From NCBI GenBank assembly GCA_973895155.1, contig OZ316891.1:22773884-22837883 (forward strand): DNA of 64,000 nucleotides, given 5' to 3'. Of this stretch, positions 24,162 to 35,231 are shown piece after piece. Source of the DNA: Marsupella aquatica (lineage: Eukaryota; Plantae; Marchantiophyta). Positions within the stretch are counted from its first letter, which is position 1, and each line of letters begins with the position of its first letter. Made by a program: the position numbers and the translations under genes. Under the pieces are notes generated by a model. It was not told the DNA's origin and ran no database searches. It worked only from the letters and a program-made list of their open reading frames with translations.

Positions 24162-26120
24162 CACATTGGACAACTTCCCACTCCATCTTTCGAGCTTGGC
24201 AGATTCAGTTTCTTTCAGAAATATTTGTTTGCAAGTCGCCCAGTCTGGCTGCCCTGACAACTGAACAAAAAGCTTGCTGATTTTCACAAGTTTCTTGTAA
24301 CTCTCGGCTTCTTTTGCCATCTGCTCCAAAGAGATCATCCGGTCCTTCACTCGGAGAAGAAGGGACTCCAAAAATTGGTCGTGCTCAATTCCCTCGATTG
24401 CTCTCCAAGGTGTCAGGGTAAGGCCCCATGCAAGCTTATTCAAAGCTTTTGGAATTGACTGCACTTTTCCTTTTTTCTTCAATTTCTTGATCGGTGACTT
24501 CTGCTTATTTTGCCCTTTGATCTCCAACTTGTTCCACATCTCAAAGATCTGGTCTTGGAGTTCCCAGACCTTACCTGACCTAAACGCAATTTGGAAGAGA
24601 GGTTCATGCTTCTTCAGGCTTGTAGCGTCCCCCGGAAAAAACCCGTCGAGGCAAACCTCCATGGCACACGCTTCTCTAGTCTCCTTGGTTTTTGCCATAC
24701 CTCTGGCAAGGAAAATCTTATGCATTGTTCGGATTTGATCAATGTTGTTCATTTTTTGCCTGTACTCCTGATCAATATTATGTTGGATGCTAAGTTTCTG
24801 AATGTCCTCCCTTGTGAGACCAGCATACACCCAAGCTTGGAGTTCATTGAAGATCTCTCTCCCATAAGCCTGATACAATTCTCTCTTAGCTCGAGCACCG
24901 TGATTACCTCCAATCACTCGATATCTCTAGCTTGTTGCCTTTTCTAGGTCCCAGTCTGTCACTATTGGGCAGTCTTCAGGGATCACAAACAAGACAAATG
25001 GCATGGTGAAATTTGTTGGATTCATTTTCATCAAAGTCTTGATGTTCTCCACATGCAACCGATCGACTGTTCGAACCAATGTTGAGTTCTCATCGTCAAT
25101 ATCGTCAACAAGAAGCAGGTTAGTTGTTTTCAGAATAACTGTTGTCTTTTGAACTCTCTTGGTCTCCATCAACCGAGACACTTCTTCACGAACCACAACT
25201 GTCTCTTCCCGTTGCAAAGCTGTGGTGATATCTGTTGAATTGTTTTTCTTTTCTTTCACCACACCCCTAGATGATAGAGAAGGCCCACCTGACAAAGTTG
25301 AGGGAATCTGAGACTAGGTTTGTGAAATTGGTAAGACCAAAGATGAGACAACACTTCCGGGTGCAGATGGTGCACGCTTCTGGATGTCACGTCGATCCAG
25401 TTTCTCCTTGCCAGCAGCTTCTCCTGACACCGTTGCTTTAGAACCTTCCCCGGGGAGTTGATCTGCAAGCTTCCTCTTTGCCGGTTCCTTAAAAAAAACT
25501 GTGACAGATTTCTCCTTTGTCGAGGGTGTTCCAGACATCTCCCCTGACTTCGAAGCCGGATCGATAGGCTTTGTCACTTTCAACTTCAAAGAACGCTCTT
25601 TGATGCCAAAGTCAGCTAGGACGACGGACCGATATGCGACCTTGGTAAAATCCTCAACAACCCTCCAAGACTTGAAGACAAATTTCAAACACCAATAAGA
25701 AAAGTCCTCAATCTTCGGAACTTCCAAAATTAGCTTGCAGATCGGGCCATCAGGAAATGTGTTCATCGAGACCCAATCAAGTTTCTCGTAGTTGAGGACA
25801 ACTACAGTGAAGGCATTGTTTGGAAGAATGCAAAGGTACATTGGAATCTTCTTTAGCTATTTTGTTTTTGCGTCGGTGATATCCGCCTCCGCAGTGTCCA
25901 CGACTAATCCATAATGGCAATGGTCTTTTCCCTTAACTATAACCAACCACACAGCTGGACCTTTATAGGCTCTGTGAATATCCATTGCTTGGGCATCCCT
26001 GAAGTACCAACTATTCCTCACTAGTTTCTCCTTGGTGTAAAGGTCCTTCTTCCAAATCTCATCGACGATGGATGTCCGTGAGGACTCGGTCGAACCAGAC
26101 GACTTTGATTTGTTTGACAT
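24162..26120 (-). pseudogene. 5' exon of the cargo gene with a ParB/Srx-like domain
   Basis: LVRTVDRLHVENIKTLMKMNPTNFTMPFVL...RYRVIGGNHGARA...AWVYAGLT...HN. Premature TAGs at 25857, 25314 and 24927. The donor at 24161 joins the MTase exon in phase 0. Confidence 0.7.
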
Positions 26121-26169
26121 GTTCTTGTAAAAGATTGACACACTAAGAACAAGAGCATAAACATTCAAA

Positions 26170-26710
26170 AGTAGTTGAATGCAAGATCAAATACGCGGTA
26201 TCCCACTTTGCATCCAACATCAACAATTGCCTAGAGTCTGATGCAAAGAATGAAAAATAGGGAAATGAATGCGAAATGGGATACGCGGTATCCCACTTCG
26301 CATCCAACATCAACAATTGCCTAGAGTCTGTTGCAAAGAACAAAAAATAGGGAGTTGAATGCGAAATGGGATACGCGATATCCCACTTTGCATCCAACAT
26401 CAAAAGTTGCGTAGAGTCTGATGCAAAGAACAAAAAAGAGGGAGTTGAATGCAAAATGGGATACGGGGTATCCCGGTTTGTATCCAACATCATCCAATGC
26501 GGCTCTTCTTGCAACGATCCTCCCCAACGACCCTAAACCCTAAACATCAGGAATTTCTAGTAATCTGCACTGAAAGATGAAGTTGAATCCAAAATGGGAT
26601 ACGCGGTATCCCATTTTGTATTTAGAGTCAACAAACAACCGATGGAATACTAAAAAGAGGGTGTTGGATGCGAGATGGGATACGCAGTATCCCATCTCGT
26701 ATTCAACCTT
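26170..26710. repeat. Array of about 45-bp palindromes, mostly at 90-bp period, upstream of the cargo gene
   Basis: Example gttggatgcgagatgggatacgcagtatcccatctcgtattcaac (about 26663-26707). Cores at about 26190, 26277, 26367, 26457, 26595 and 26676. Confidence 0.9.
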
Positions 26711-27306
26711 GAAATGTTCTGTTCTTCGCACTCAGGATTCAACAATGAAGTGCGATAAGGGGGGGAGAGTTTCTTGAGTTTTTACCTGCTTTTTTGTTTC
26801 GATTGGAGCAAATACGAAAAGCTATAGAGATGTTGCGGCCCGAGAAAAACGCGGAGGCAAGCAAAGTTGAGAAGGATAAGAAATGAGCGTAAACTTTTTG
26901 ATCAGGCTCTCCTATTTATACTTTATCACCTTTGTATCCATAGGCAATAAGGTGTATCCAAAAGCGGAGGGTTGGAGTCCGGAGGTCTATTTATACTTTT
27001 TTCGCTTGATAGGACTTTGTTTCTGACTAGATTTAGATAAGGCATATCCCCACGTCCTTATATTAAACCAAATAGATTTTACGCGTGGCGAATGTGGTTG
27101 ATGCAAGGGTCGAATCACAAAACTCTTTATTCATCCGGAACTAAGTTGATATTCTTAAAAAGAGTCCATTCTAACAAAGAGCCCATTCAAGATGAGCAGT
27201 CCAAAACATGAATGGAAGGACTCTAAACCGGACTCTAAGCTTCCCCATACATTTCCAAGAGCCTTGCTTGCTCATCTTTCTCAAGATTGTGCCAGTCTTC
27301 TTGAAA

Positions 27307-27774
27307 TCAATTTAGGTCAGACCTTGAAAATAAACCTATATTATCGATTGGAGGAAGATTCGATGTTTCCATCCTAACAAAAGCTTCAATATGAACATTC
27401 TGAAGGGGTTTTCCATTGGGAATGCTTGTCAACATTTCATTTACTTCCTCAAACTGACTTCTTGCTAGTCTAAGAATACCCCAGACTCGTGTACAAATTA
27501 CAAGCTGGTTCCATTTCTTGGAGGTGCATCCAAGCCACACCATTGTTTTTAATCGCATCAATCTTTCATCAGCTTGGTTCTTGGAGGAATCAAATTCATC
27601 CTCTATACAACAAACTTTCAAAATGGGCCAAATGAACGTTTCAACAATCTCATCAGGAAGTCCATCCAAAAGCAATCCAGATTCTTTTTGGCCACTTTTT
27701 TGCTGAATTTGTTTCTTCTCTTTGTCGAATGACATCGCTAACCTTGTAAAGACAGGGTTCTCAGTGACGGCCAT
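27307..27774 (-). CDS. F-box-like small protein (transposon cargo)
   Basis: LLDGLPDEIVETFIWPIL...LGCTSKKWNQLV matches the F-box pattern LPxEI..I..L / xSKxWxxL, with a longer spacer than usual. Confidence 0.5.
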   Translation of the reverse strand: MAVTENPVFTRLAMSFDKEKKQIQQKSGQKESGLLLDGLPDEIVETFIWPILKVCCIEDEFDSSKNQADERLMRLKTMVWLGCTSKKWNQLVICTRVWGILRLARSQFEEVNEMLTSIPNGKPLQNVHIEAFVRMETSNLPPIDNIGLFSRSDLN

Positions 27775-28439
27775 TCCAAAATAAGAGTGGCTACCTGGAG
27801 TAATAAATGAGATGGTGAGCTCTTTCTCAGCAACCTACAAAACAGTGATGGAAAAATTGATTTTATTTCTTTGATCAAAAGAAAATTATTTTCACAAAAA
27901 TTTTGACCCAAGAACATTCACCGAAACACTTACACACTAATCAAGAAGATTCAACACGATAAGTTAACCCAAGGATCTTCGTTCCAAATCCGACAACACA
28001 AATATGCCAATCGATGATATTTGTTTTGGGCATCACGACAATAATTACAAGAAGAATTAACAGAGTGTAGACAACCACTCAAACATATCCTCGATTGAAT
28101 TGGAACTTTGTCCTCATTTTTTTCACAAAACTCTATTCAAAGTGGATTCAAACTATCATGTGGATCCACGCCTCCCGTCCATAGCGCTCCTAATCCAGGA
28201 CGGAGAACTTTGAGTGAAACTAATCGCTTATACAATCGACGAGCACGTTTCTCACGGTTTTGATTTTGGACCGCCATTAGACTCACAAGAGAAAATGTCG
28301 TTTTTCCAGGAAAGCTAAAGCTTGAGTCGGTGTGTCACTGAAAGGCAGCAAGAGCTTCAGTGCGTGTTTAGTTGAACTTCGCCTGCAAAACAATCAGCAA
28401 TCCATAAGGTTTTTCCCATGACAAGAAAACTCTAGGGAG

Positions 28440-28925
28440 ATACCACATGGGATACCCCGTATTTCACTTCGCATCCAACCTCCTTTTTTAGCTAAAGAGA
28501 AACCAAAACTGGACATTTGAAGGTTGAATCCCAAACGGGCTACGCCGTATCCCATTTCGCATTCAACGTTGAGGTTTTGACATTTGGAGGCTAAGATACT
28601 TCATATTTGGAGGTTGGATGCGATATGAGATACCCTGTATCCCACTTCGCATCCAACCTCCTTTTTTAGCTAAAAAGAAACAAAAACTGGACGTTTGAAG
28701 GTTGAATCCCAAACGGAATACGTTGTATCTCATTTTGCATTCAACATTGAGGTTTTGACATTTGGAGGCTAAAATACTTCATATTCGGAGGTTGGATGCG
28801 ATATGGGATACCCTGTATCCCACTTCGCATCCAACCTCCTTTTTCAGCTAAAGAGCAACAAAAACTGGACATTTGAAGGTTGAATCCCAAACGGGATACG
28901 CCGTATCCCATTTGGGATTCGTCCT
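28440..28925. repeat. Palindrome array, six cores at about 89 bp, alternating spacers (178-bp higher-order unit)
   Basis: Cores at about 28448, 28537, 28625, 28715, 28803 and 28892. Confidence 0.9.
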
Positions 28926-29407
28926 CGCCATTTGCATGAAGATTCTCACCTGTTAGTCAAATCTGATTTTCGGGGAATACGAGTTTGTATAGACGATGTG
29001 CATTCGTCGAGAGGAAGAGGATACGGAGCGAGAAAAAATGAGCGGAAATTTTTCAAGCGGGGATCTCTTATTTATAGTTTTCTCTTTGACCGTGATTAGT
29101 ATTTGACTGCAGTTGCAGCGCAGTCGGTTAAATGTTACCGTTGAGAAGAATCATTTGGGAATATTCTTAATGGGTAAATCAATATCGGCACTTTTACTGC
29201 ATTTTTTGTTTTGTTTTTGGAATTCCACGGTTGGATCCAAAATGGGATACGTCGTATCCCTTCTTCGTATTCGCTTCAATTTTTCTCATTTTTTAAAATC
29301 AAAAAACCAGTTTTTAAGGGGAATACTAATTCTGTATCCAAGACTTTTTTGCCTTAGAAACTTTTTTCGCCGCAGGCAAAATGAGAAGTGTGGTCCGTCA
29401 CTGTGTT

Positions 29408-30750
29408 CAATCCCTTCCATGTAGGTTTTGAGTGTTTTCAAAACATTATTGGGAATGGTCAAACCTCTATCAATTATATTTTCTTCTCTAGCTAGAGCGT
29501 GACTTGAATCCATACATAGTAGAATTAGCAAATTGCCAACGTTCAGTGGCATTGTCAAACCCAGGATCCACCTCCCAAGTCGTAGTGGTCTGAAAGCAAC
29601 GTGAATATCGCACATGATCCGGTGCATCATGCTTACCATGTTTAGGCCTCCACCATTGCACTTGGAACATAAGAGCATACTGTGTACTAGTGGGAGAATT
29701 CTCATTGCATTGCAAGTCTCCTGAAGGAACTTCATGGTTTGGGTCCACAACACCCAAAGCTCTCACCAACCAGAAACGTTCTTTCCCATTCTTCTTTTCC
29801 TATTCATCCTCTGGACGGAGAAATACAAAGTGACCCTCTTGAATGTCCTGTAGAGGAATCCAACGTGCAAGTTCTCGCTCGTGTCGAGCGCCAACAAATG
29901 TTGCAGCTTGATCCTCCATCTCTTCCAGGTACTCATTCTGAAGCTCCACCATTTTTGGATTCTGTGTACTACTACTAGGCTCCCCCAATGGTTCAGAGGT
30001 TCCTGTACTATTAACCTTGTAACCAGTTCCGTGGTTGGTTTTTGGCCAGAACTCATATGTCAATGCTAACTGTATTTTTGCCTACCCTTCAATTGTAAGC
30101 TCCCCAGATAATACTTGCACCACCATCTCCCAATATTTCACCAAAGGAAATCGCTCACGATATGCTGTAGAGGTCTCATCCTTATAACTCTTCTTCAAAA
30201 ACTCAATGTAACGATTAAGGAATGGGATGATTTCTTCAACCTTGCCTCGTACATCCCTGGAGATGGGTTTTTCAAACGGTTGACCTTCTGGTAAAATGAG
30301 AGCATTGGTGTTGGAATCAGTTCTCCAAATGGACCTTCCGGTTGGAGGGTACCAAGGTTGTTTCACATGTGCTTTGTATTGATATATTGGAACATTATCT
30401 CTCATAGAGAAAAGAAATGCCACTGGTTTTGAGTCACCCTCTATGTCTTTTACCTTGAAAGTTTTCAAAAACTCTTTGTAAGCTGCAACCTCTTGGATCA
30501 ACCGTGGGACAAGATGAATGCTTTCACACTCCCAAACCTCAGCCATCAACCCCAAGAGGGTAGAAACCTCCTTGTACTTCACTTGGTTGGATACTTTCAA
30601 AAATAATGCATCGACGTCCTCATGGGTGTGACCAACCATGGGAAACGACATCTGCACTGTTTCAAAAACCCCTCTACTAACAAGCTCACTGCAAAATGCC
30701 ATCACGTACTGGTTTTTGTTATCTTTCCCTGAATTATCCATTTGCAAGGT
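29408..30750 (-). pseudogene. 3' half of a second, divergent Sola1/DUF7869-like transposase
   Basis: LQMDNSGKDNKNQYVMAF, FPMVGHTHEDVDALF. The C-terminal exon is interrupted at its last codons by the 16498-29407 element. Confidence 0.8.
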
Positions 30751-33700
30751 TAGGTGCCGTGTTGTTGTTGTTTTTAAACATGTGTCACAACAATAGGTTC
30801 TCAAACACGGGAGTGAATGCCATTCTGTCTTTGTTGACTGAGCATGGACTGTCAATAGAGCACACTCTCCCTAAAAACCTATATGCTGCAAAACAATTAC
30901 TGAGAAAATTGGGTTTAGACTATGAGAGAATCCCAGTCTATGAGAATGGATGTATGTTATTTAGAAATGAGACTGCATAGTTGGACAATTGTTCCAAGTG
31001 TAATCAGCCAAAGATGAAGTTAGTGGGGAATTCTTTACAGCCTGTGAAGGTCTTGAGATATTTCCCTATAATCCCTCAATTGAAGAGATTGTATGTCACT
31101 AAGGGTACATCTAAGCTAATGACTTGGCATCATGAGAACAAGAGCAAGGACAACATGGTCCGACATCCGGCAGATTCAAAGGCATGGAAACATGTGGACA
31201 CAAAGATCGACCCTACTTTTGCTGCTGAGCCAAGGAATGTGCAAATGGGATTGGCACTTGATGGGGTAAATCCATTTGGGAATAATTCTACTGCCTGGTC
31301 TACATGGCCAATCCTACTGTTGAATTATAATATCCCTCCGACCTTGGCTTTCCACAAAGAAGTTCTTTGTCATGCTGGCTCTTCTAATTCAAGGTCCTGT
31401 GTCTGTAAGCAAGGAACAATTTGATGTATACATGGCTCCACTTGTGGATGATCTTGAGACATTATGGTCAGAAGGAGTAGATTGTTTTGATGTCCTACCA
31501 AGGCTAGGATTGCAGCAATAGTTCAAGCTAAGGGCTTAAGTATTGTGGACAATCAATGATTATCCTGCATATGGATTAGTCTATGGCCAACAACATGCAG
31601 GGTACAAAGGATGTATGGTTTGTGGGCCAAATTGTGTGGCACATGGTTTAAAATAGTTGGGCAAGTTACTGTTTGTTGGCCATCGTCGCTGGTTACCACA
31701 GAGGCACTATTTTTGCAAAGAGGAAGTGGCAAAATACTTTAATGGTGAGGTAGAGGCACAAGCTGCACCGTGTAGAGTGTCCAGCTCTGATAGGAAACAT
31801 TGGGGAGAAAAAGCCGCTAAATATGTGGAGAAGAAACCAGGGAATGCGCTGGATGATGAAAACTCTCCAGTAAAGAAGAATGGAGTGAAGAGGGTTACTG
31901 GATTATACAAGCTACCGTACTAGAGTGTAAGTATCTGGTTCCCCATACTGAATCCCTCAGTGTGTAATGTTAAGTAGCAAAGAGTAACATTTCTTATTTT
32001 AACTTAGTTTGTATTAAACTGTGCATCCAATGCAAAAACTTCTCATCGACCATTGTTTGGATCCCATGCACCGTGAGAAGTATCTTGAACACTATTTTGG
32101 GGACAAAGGATACTCCTTCTGTTCGAGAAGACATGAAAGTCATGGACATGCGGGAACACCTGTGGTTGGTTCCAAATCCAGATCCAAAAAAGGATTCAAA
32201 GATCATGTCGCCAGCCCCATACTGCCTCAATAAGACAGAGAAGACTAAGTTCTTAGAGGTATTGTTGACCTTTAAAGTGCCCATTGGTTTCAGCAGTTCT
32301 CTGGCTAAATGTGTCACAGTTAAGAAGAAGTTATTAGCTGAAATCTCATGATTTCCACCATCTCATGCAACAAATCCTTTCATTGGCAACAATGGGATTA
32401 CTTGATGAAGGAGTTTGGTTGGCCATAGCTAGAGTGAGCAATGTGTGGCGTACCATCTGTGCCAAGGTTTGGGATCCCTCGATCACAATACAACTCTGTG
32501 ATGATGGATGTTGCATTCACACTCTGCCTTATGGAAATTCATTTCCCACCAAGCTTCTTTGATGTCATGACCCATTTGCTGATTCATCTGGTTCAGGAAC
32601 TAGACATCTGTGGTCCAGTGAACATTAGATGCATGTACCCAATAGAAAGATATCTAAAGACCTTGAAGGGTTATGTTTGAAACAAGGCACGTCCAAAGGC
32701 TTCTATGGCTGAAGGCTACCTTCTGGATGAATCTTTAGGATTCCTTTTTGAATACATGATCGATATTAAGGGGACAAGAATGAGAACATGGGACTTGGAG
32801 GAGAATCCTGGTGTTGCAAGCATTGTCTTGGAAGGAGCTGGAAAACAGATCACCTTGGAGTGGAGTGATATGATAGCTATGCATCATTACATACTGGAGA
32901 ATGAAGAGCTGGTGGAACCATGGTATAGGTATGAGCATGGTTTATATTGTTAAGTTCTCTGTTGTTTATTATTAAATAGAATTGAGTTTGAGCAGAAATT
33001 GTGTGGGCCTAGGAGCTACCTGTCATTCTTGCCATGCAGGGTTTATGATGATCAAAAGGAGGCAGTTACCAAGCACAGAGCAGATTTCCGGAAAGAATGG
33101 ATGAAGAATCCAGGAAATCGAAGGAATCATGTGCCTTATCCCTCTGATTTGGATGAGTTGCCTCCATTTAGAGAATGGTTTGAAGTGACAATTAGGAGGC
33201 ATAATTTTGAGAATGAGTTTGAACGAATGGTGTTGGCAGCATATAGTGTACCACCTAGTCTAAAGGCAATGCAATACAGGGCCTGCAGAGCCTATGGGCA
33301 CCATTGGAGGACCATTCCATCACTAGGTTCCTTGATTGATTGTGACTCATCTGGGTTCAAGACTTTTGATTTTGGGATGGCTTGTGCATTCACTGAGAAG
33401 CGGGTCATTAGGTCAAGGGCAATAGTAGATGAATCTGTACAATATGTGGGGGTGTTGACAGACATCTTAGTGTTGAACTATGGGCCTCTAATAAAGGAAG
33501 TGGTCCTTTTCAAAGGAAGGTGGGCAAACCCATCTTGGACTCCCAAAGCCACTGCAAGTATGAGATATGATGCGTCTAGATTGTGGCAAGTAAATTTTCA
33601 GAAGGAGCTGGGTGCTTCCAAGAAAATGGACGATGTATTGTCACGACAAATATCTGAAGAAGTGTTTGTTTACCCAAATGATAAGGGGATTGCATGGAGG

Positions 33701-33883
33701 ACAATCCTCCACAAGGAATCCAGGTCTACAAGGGTGCTAGGTGATTACATGGAAGTTGATTTCCATGATACTATGGATGACAATGCTAAGTTTCACATAG
33801 AGTTGGCAGAAGCCTATACAACTAGACAGGAGCCTGGACCAAGTACTACAGACAAAGGAAAAAGAAAGTATAAAAGGAAATGA
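30750..33883 (+). pseudogene. Second CACTA transposase, 5'-truncated and degenerate
   Basis: CSKCNQP, LRYFPIIPQL, RHPADSKAW, LALDGVNPF, YNIPP, FPPSFFDVMTHLLIHL..GPV..MYPIERY, YVGVLTDI..FKGRW. Confidence 0.9.
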
Positions 33884-35231
33884 ATGGTTTGAAGATACTG
33901 TACAATCTAGTTTCATTTAGTTGGGAGTGGGATCATACTAACATGGCATGCCATGGTCCAACAATGAATGCAACAAATGTACCTCCATATGAGGAGGAAC
34001 AAAAGAAGAAGGTAGCAGACAACAATAAAAGATTCAGGGAGATATTTGGACCAAATTTCAATTTCATGTGAGTATAATCAAGATTGCATGTTGTTTTGAA
34101 TGTTAATATTGCTCATCAACAATTAATATTAGTTGGTTTTTGGTACTTGTCATTCATGAATTGATATCATCTGATGTAGACTGGGTGCAACACAAACGGC
34201 CTCATTCACAATTGGAGGACCCAAAAGGAACGTCACACTCAAAAGTGACCATAGTTAATTTATTATGCTTTAGGATATCATTTTTAGGGTGGAATGAGAT
34301 GATATAGAAAATTTGATGTACTATACTTAATAAACATCCTTACTATAGGTTGGTAACATTCATTAAACTATCTAGCATTTGAGACTTTGAAGCTTTCCTT
34401 ATATGTCCTTCAAAGATTGATAAAAGGACTTGTCATGCAACGGGTCACATCATTTCAGGACTCAAAATGACTCTAAAAAATGCATTTTAGACAATGAAAT
34501 TTTATCAAAGCATGCATACTAATAGCATAATCTTATATTTCAAAACTTAAATAGTGACACATACTAAACCTTTATGTACAGGACAAAAATAATCAATAAT
34601 TTTGGCTTATTTAGGGCCATCAATAACAAGATCCCTTAAAACAGTTGAAAACTTGATGTATCTACATGGTGAGGTAGGTCACACCATGTAAAATAGTCTT
34701 GTGAAAAACTTAGACTTAAATGTCTTGAGATAAAATCATGATGAACCTTTTTCCATGTTACGAAAGTCGTTTTTCACTAAAAAAAACATGTTTTTGAGTC
34801 CTAAAAGTGGTTCCTGCAAGGTACACCCAATTGTGAATGAGGCCAGACCGTAGGGCGCAAGAAGGAAACAAGTGCACGTTGAACTCCTAGAAGTGAGGTT
34901 ACCACACAGAGGAGACAAAGCTCCAGAATATCAAGAATTGCCTCAGTAAGTATGGCAGAGTCTGGTGATGACTGCTCTGAATCAGATTATGACACTGATG
35001 TTGAGTACAGTGAAGATGAGAAACTAGAAAGTTCATCCAAGGTGAGATTCCTAATATTACATTTCACCAACATTATGAGGAAACTATAGACATTGGTAGT
35101 GATTGTGTTTAAGAACATTGGTTTTAACTTGATCTGGACAGGAACATGATCTGCAACCTCCATCTAAGAGCTTGGCAGATGTAAAAGGAACCCCTACAAA
35201 GGTTGGACCTTCCATGAGTGGCATGGTGCAA

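Larger units (their letters stand above)
16498..29407 (+). mobile_element. 12.9-kb TIR DNA transposon, Sola1/DUF7869-like, with methyltransferase cargo
   Basis: 17-bp perfect TIR AACACAGTGACGGACCA (16498-16514 and 29391-29407). 4-bp TSD CAAT at 16494-16497 and 29408-29411. Confidence 0.85.

Noticed and set aside
23740-28925. CRISPR-like reading of the palindrome-plus-spacer arrays
   Set aside because: Spacers within each array are near-copies of each other, there are no cas-like genes, and the context is eukaryotic.
30082-30980. ORFs 30082-30855 (-) and 30696-30980 (+) as overlapping genes
   Set aside because: Each reads through the junction into the antisense of the other transposase.
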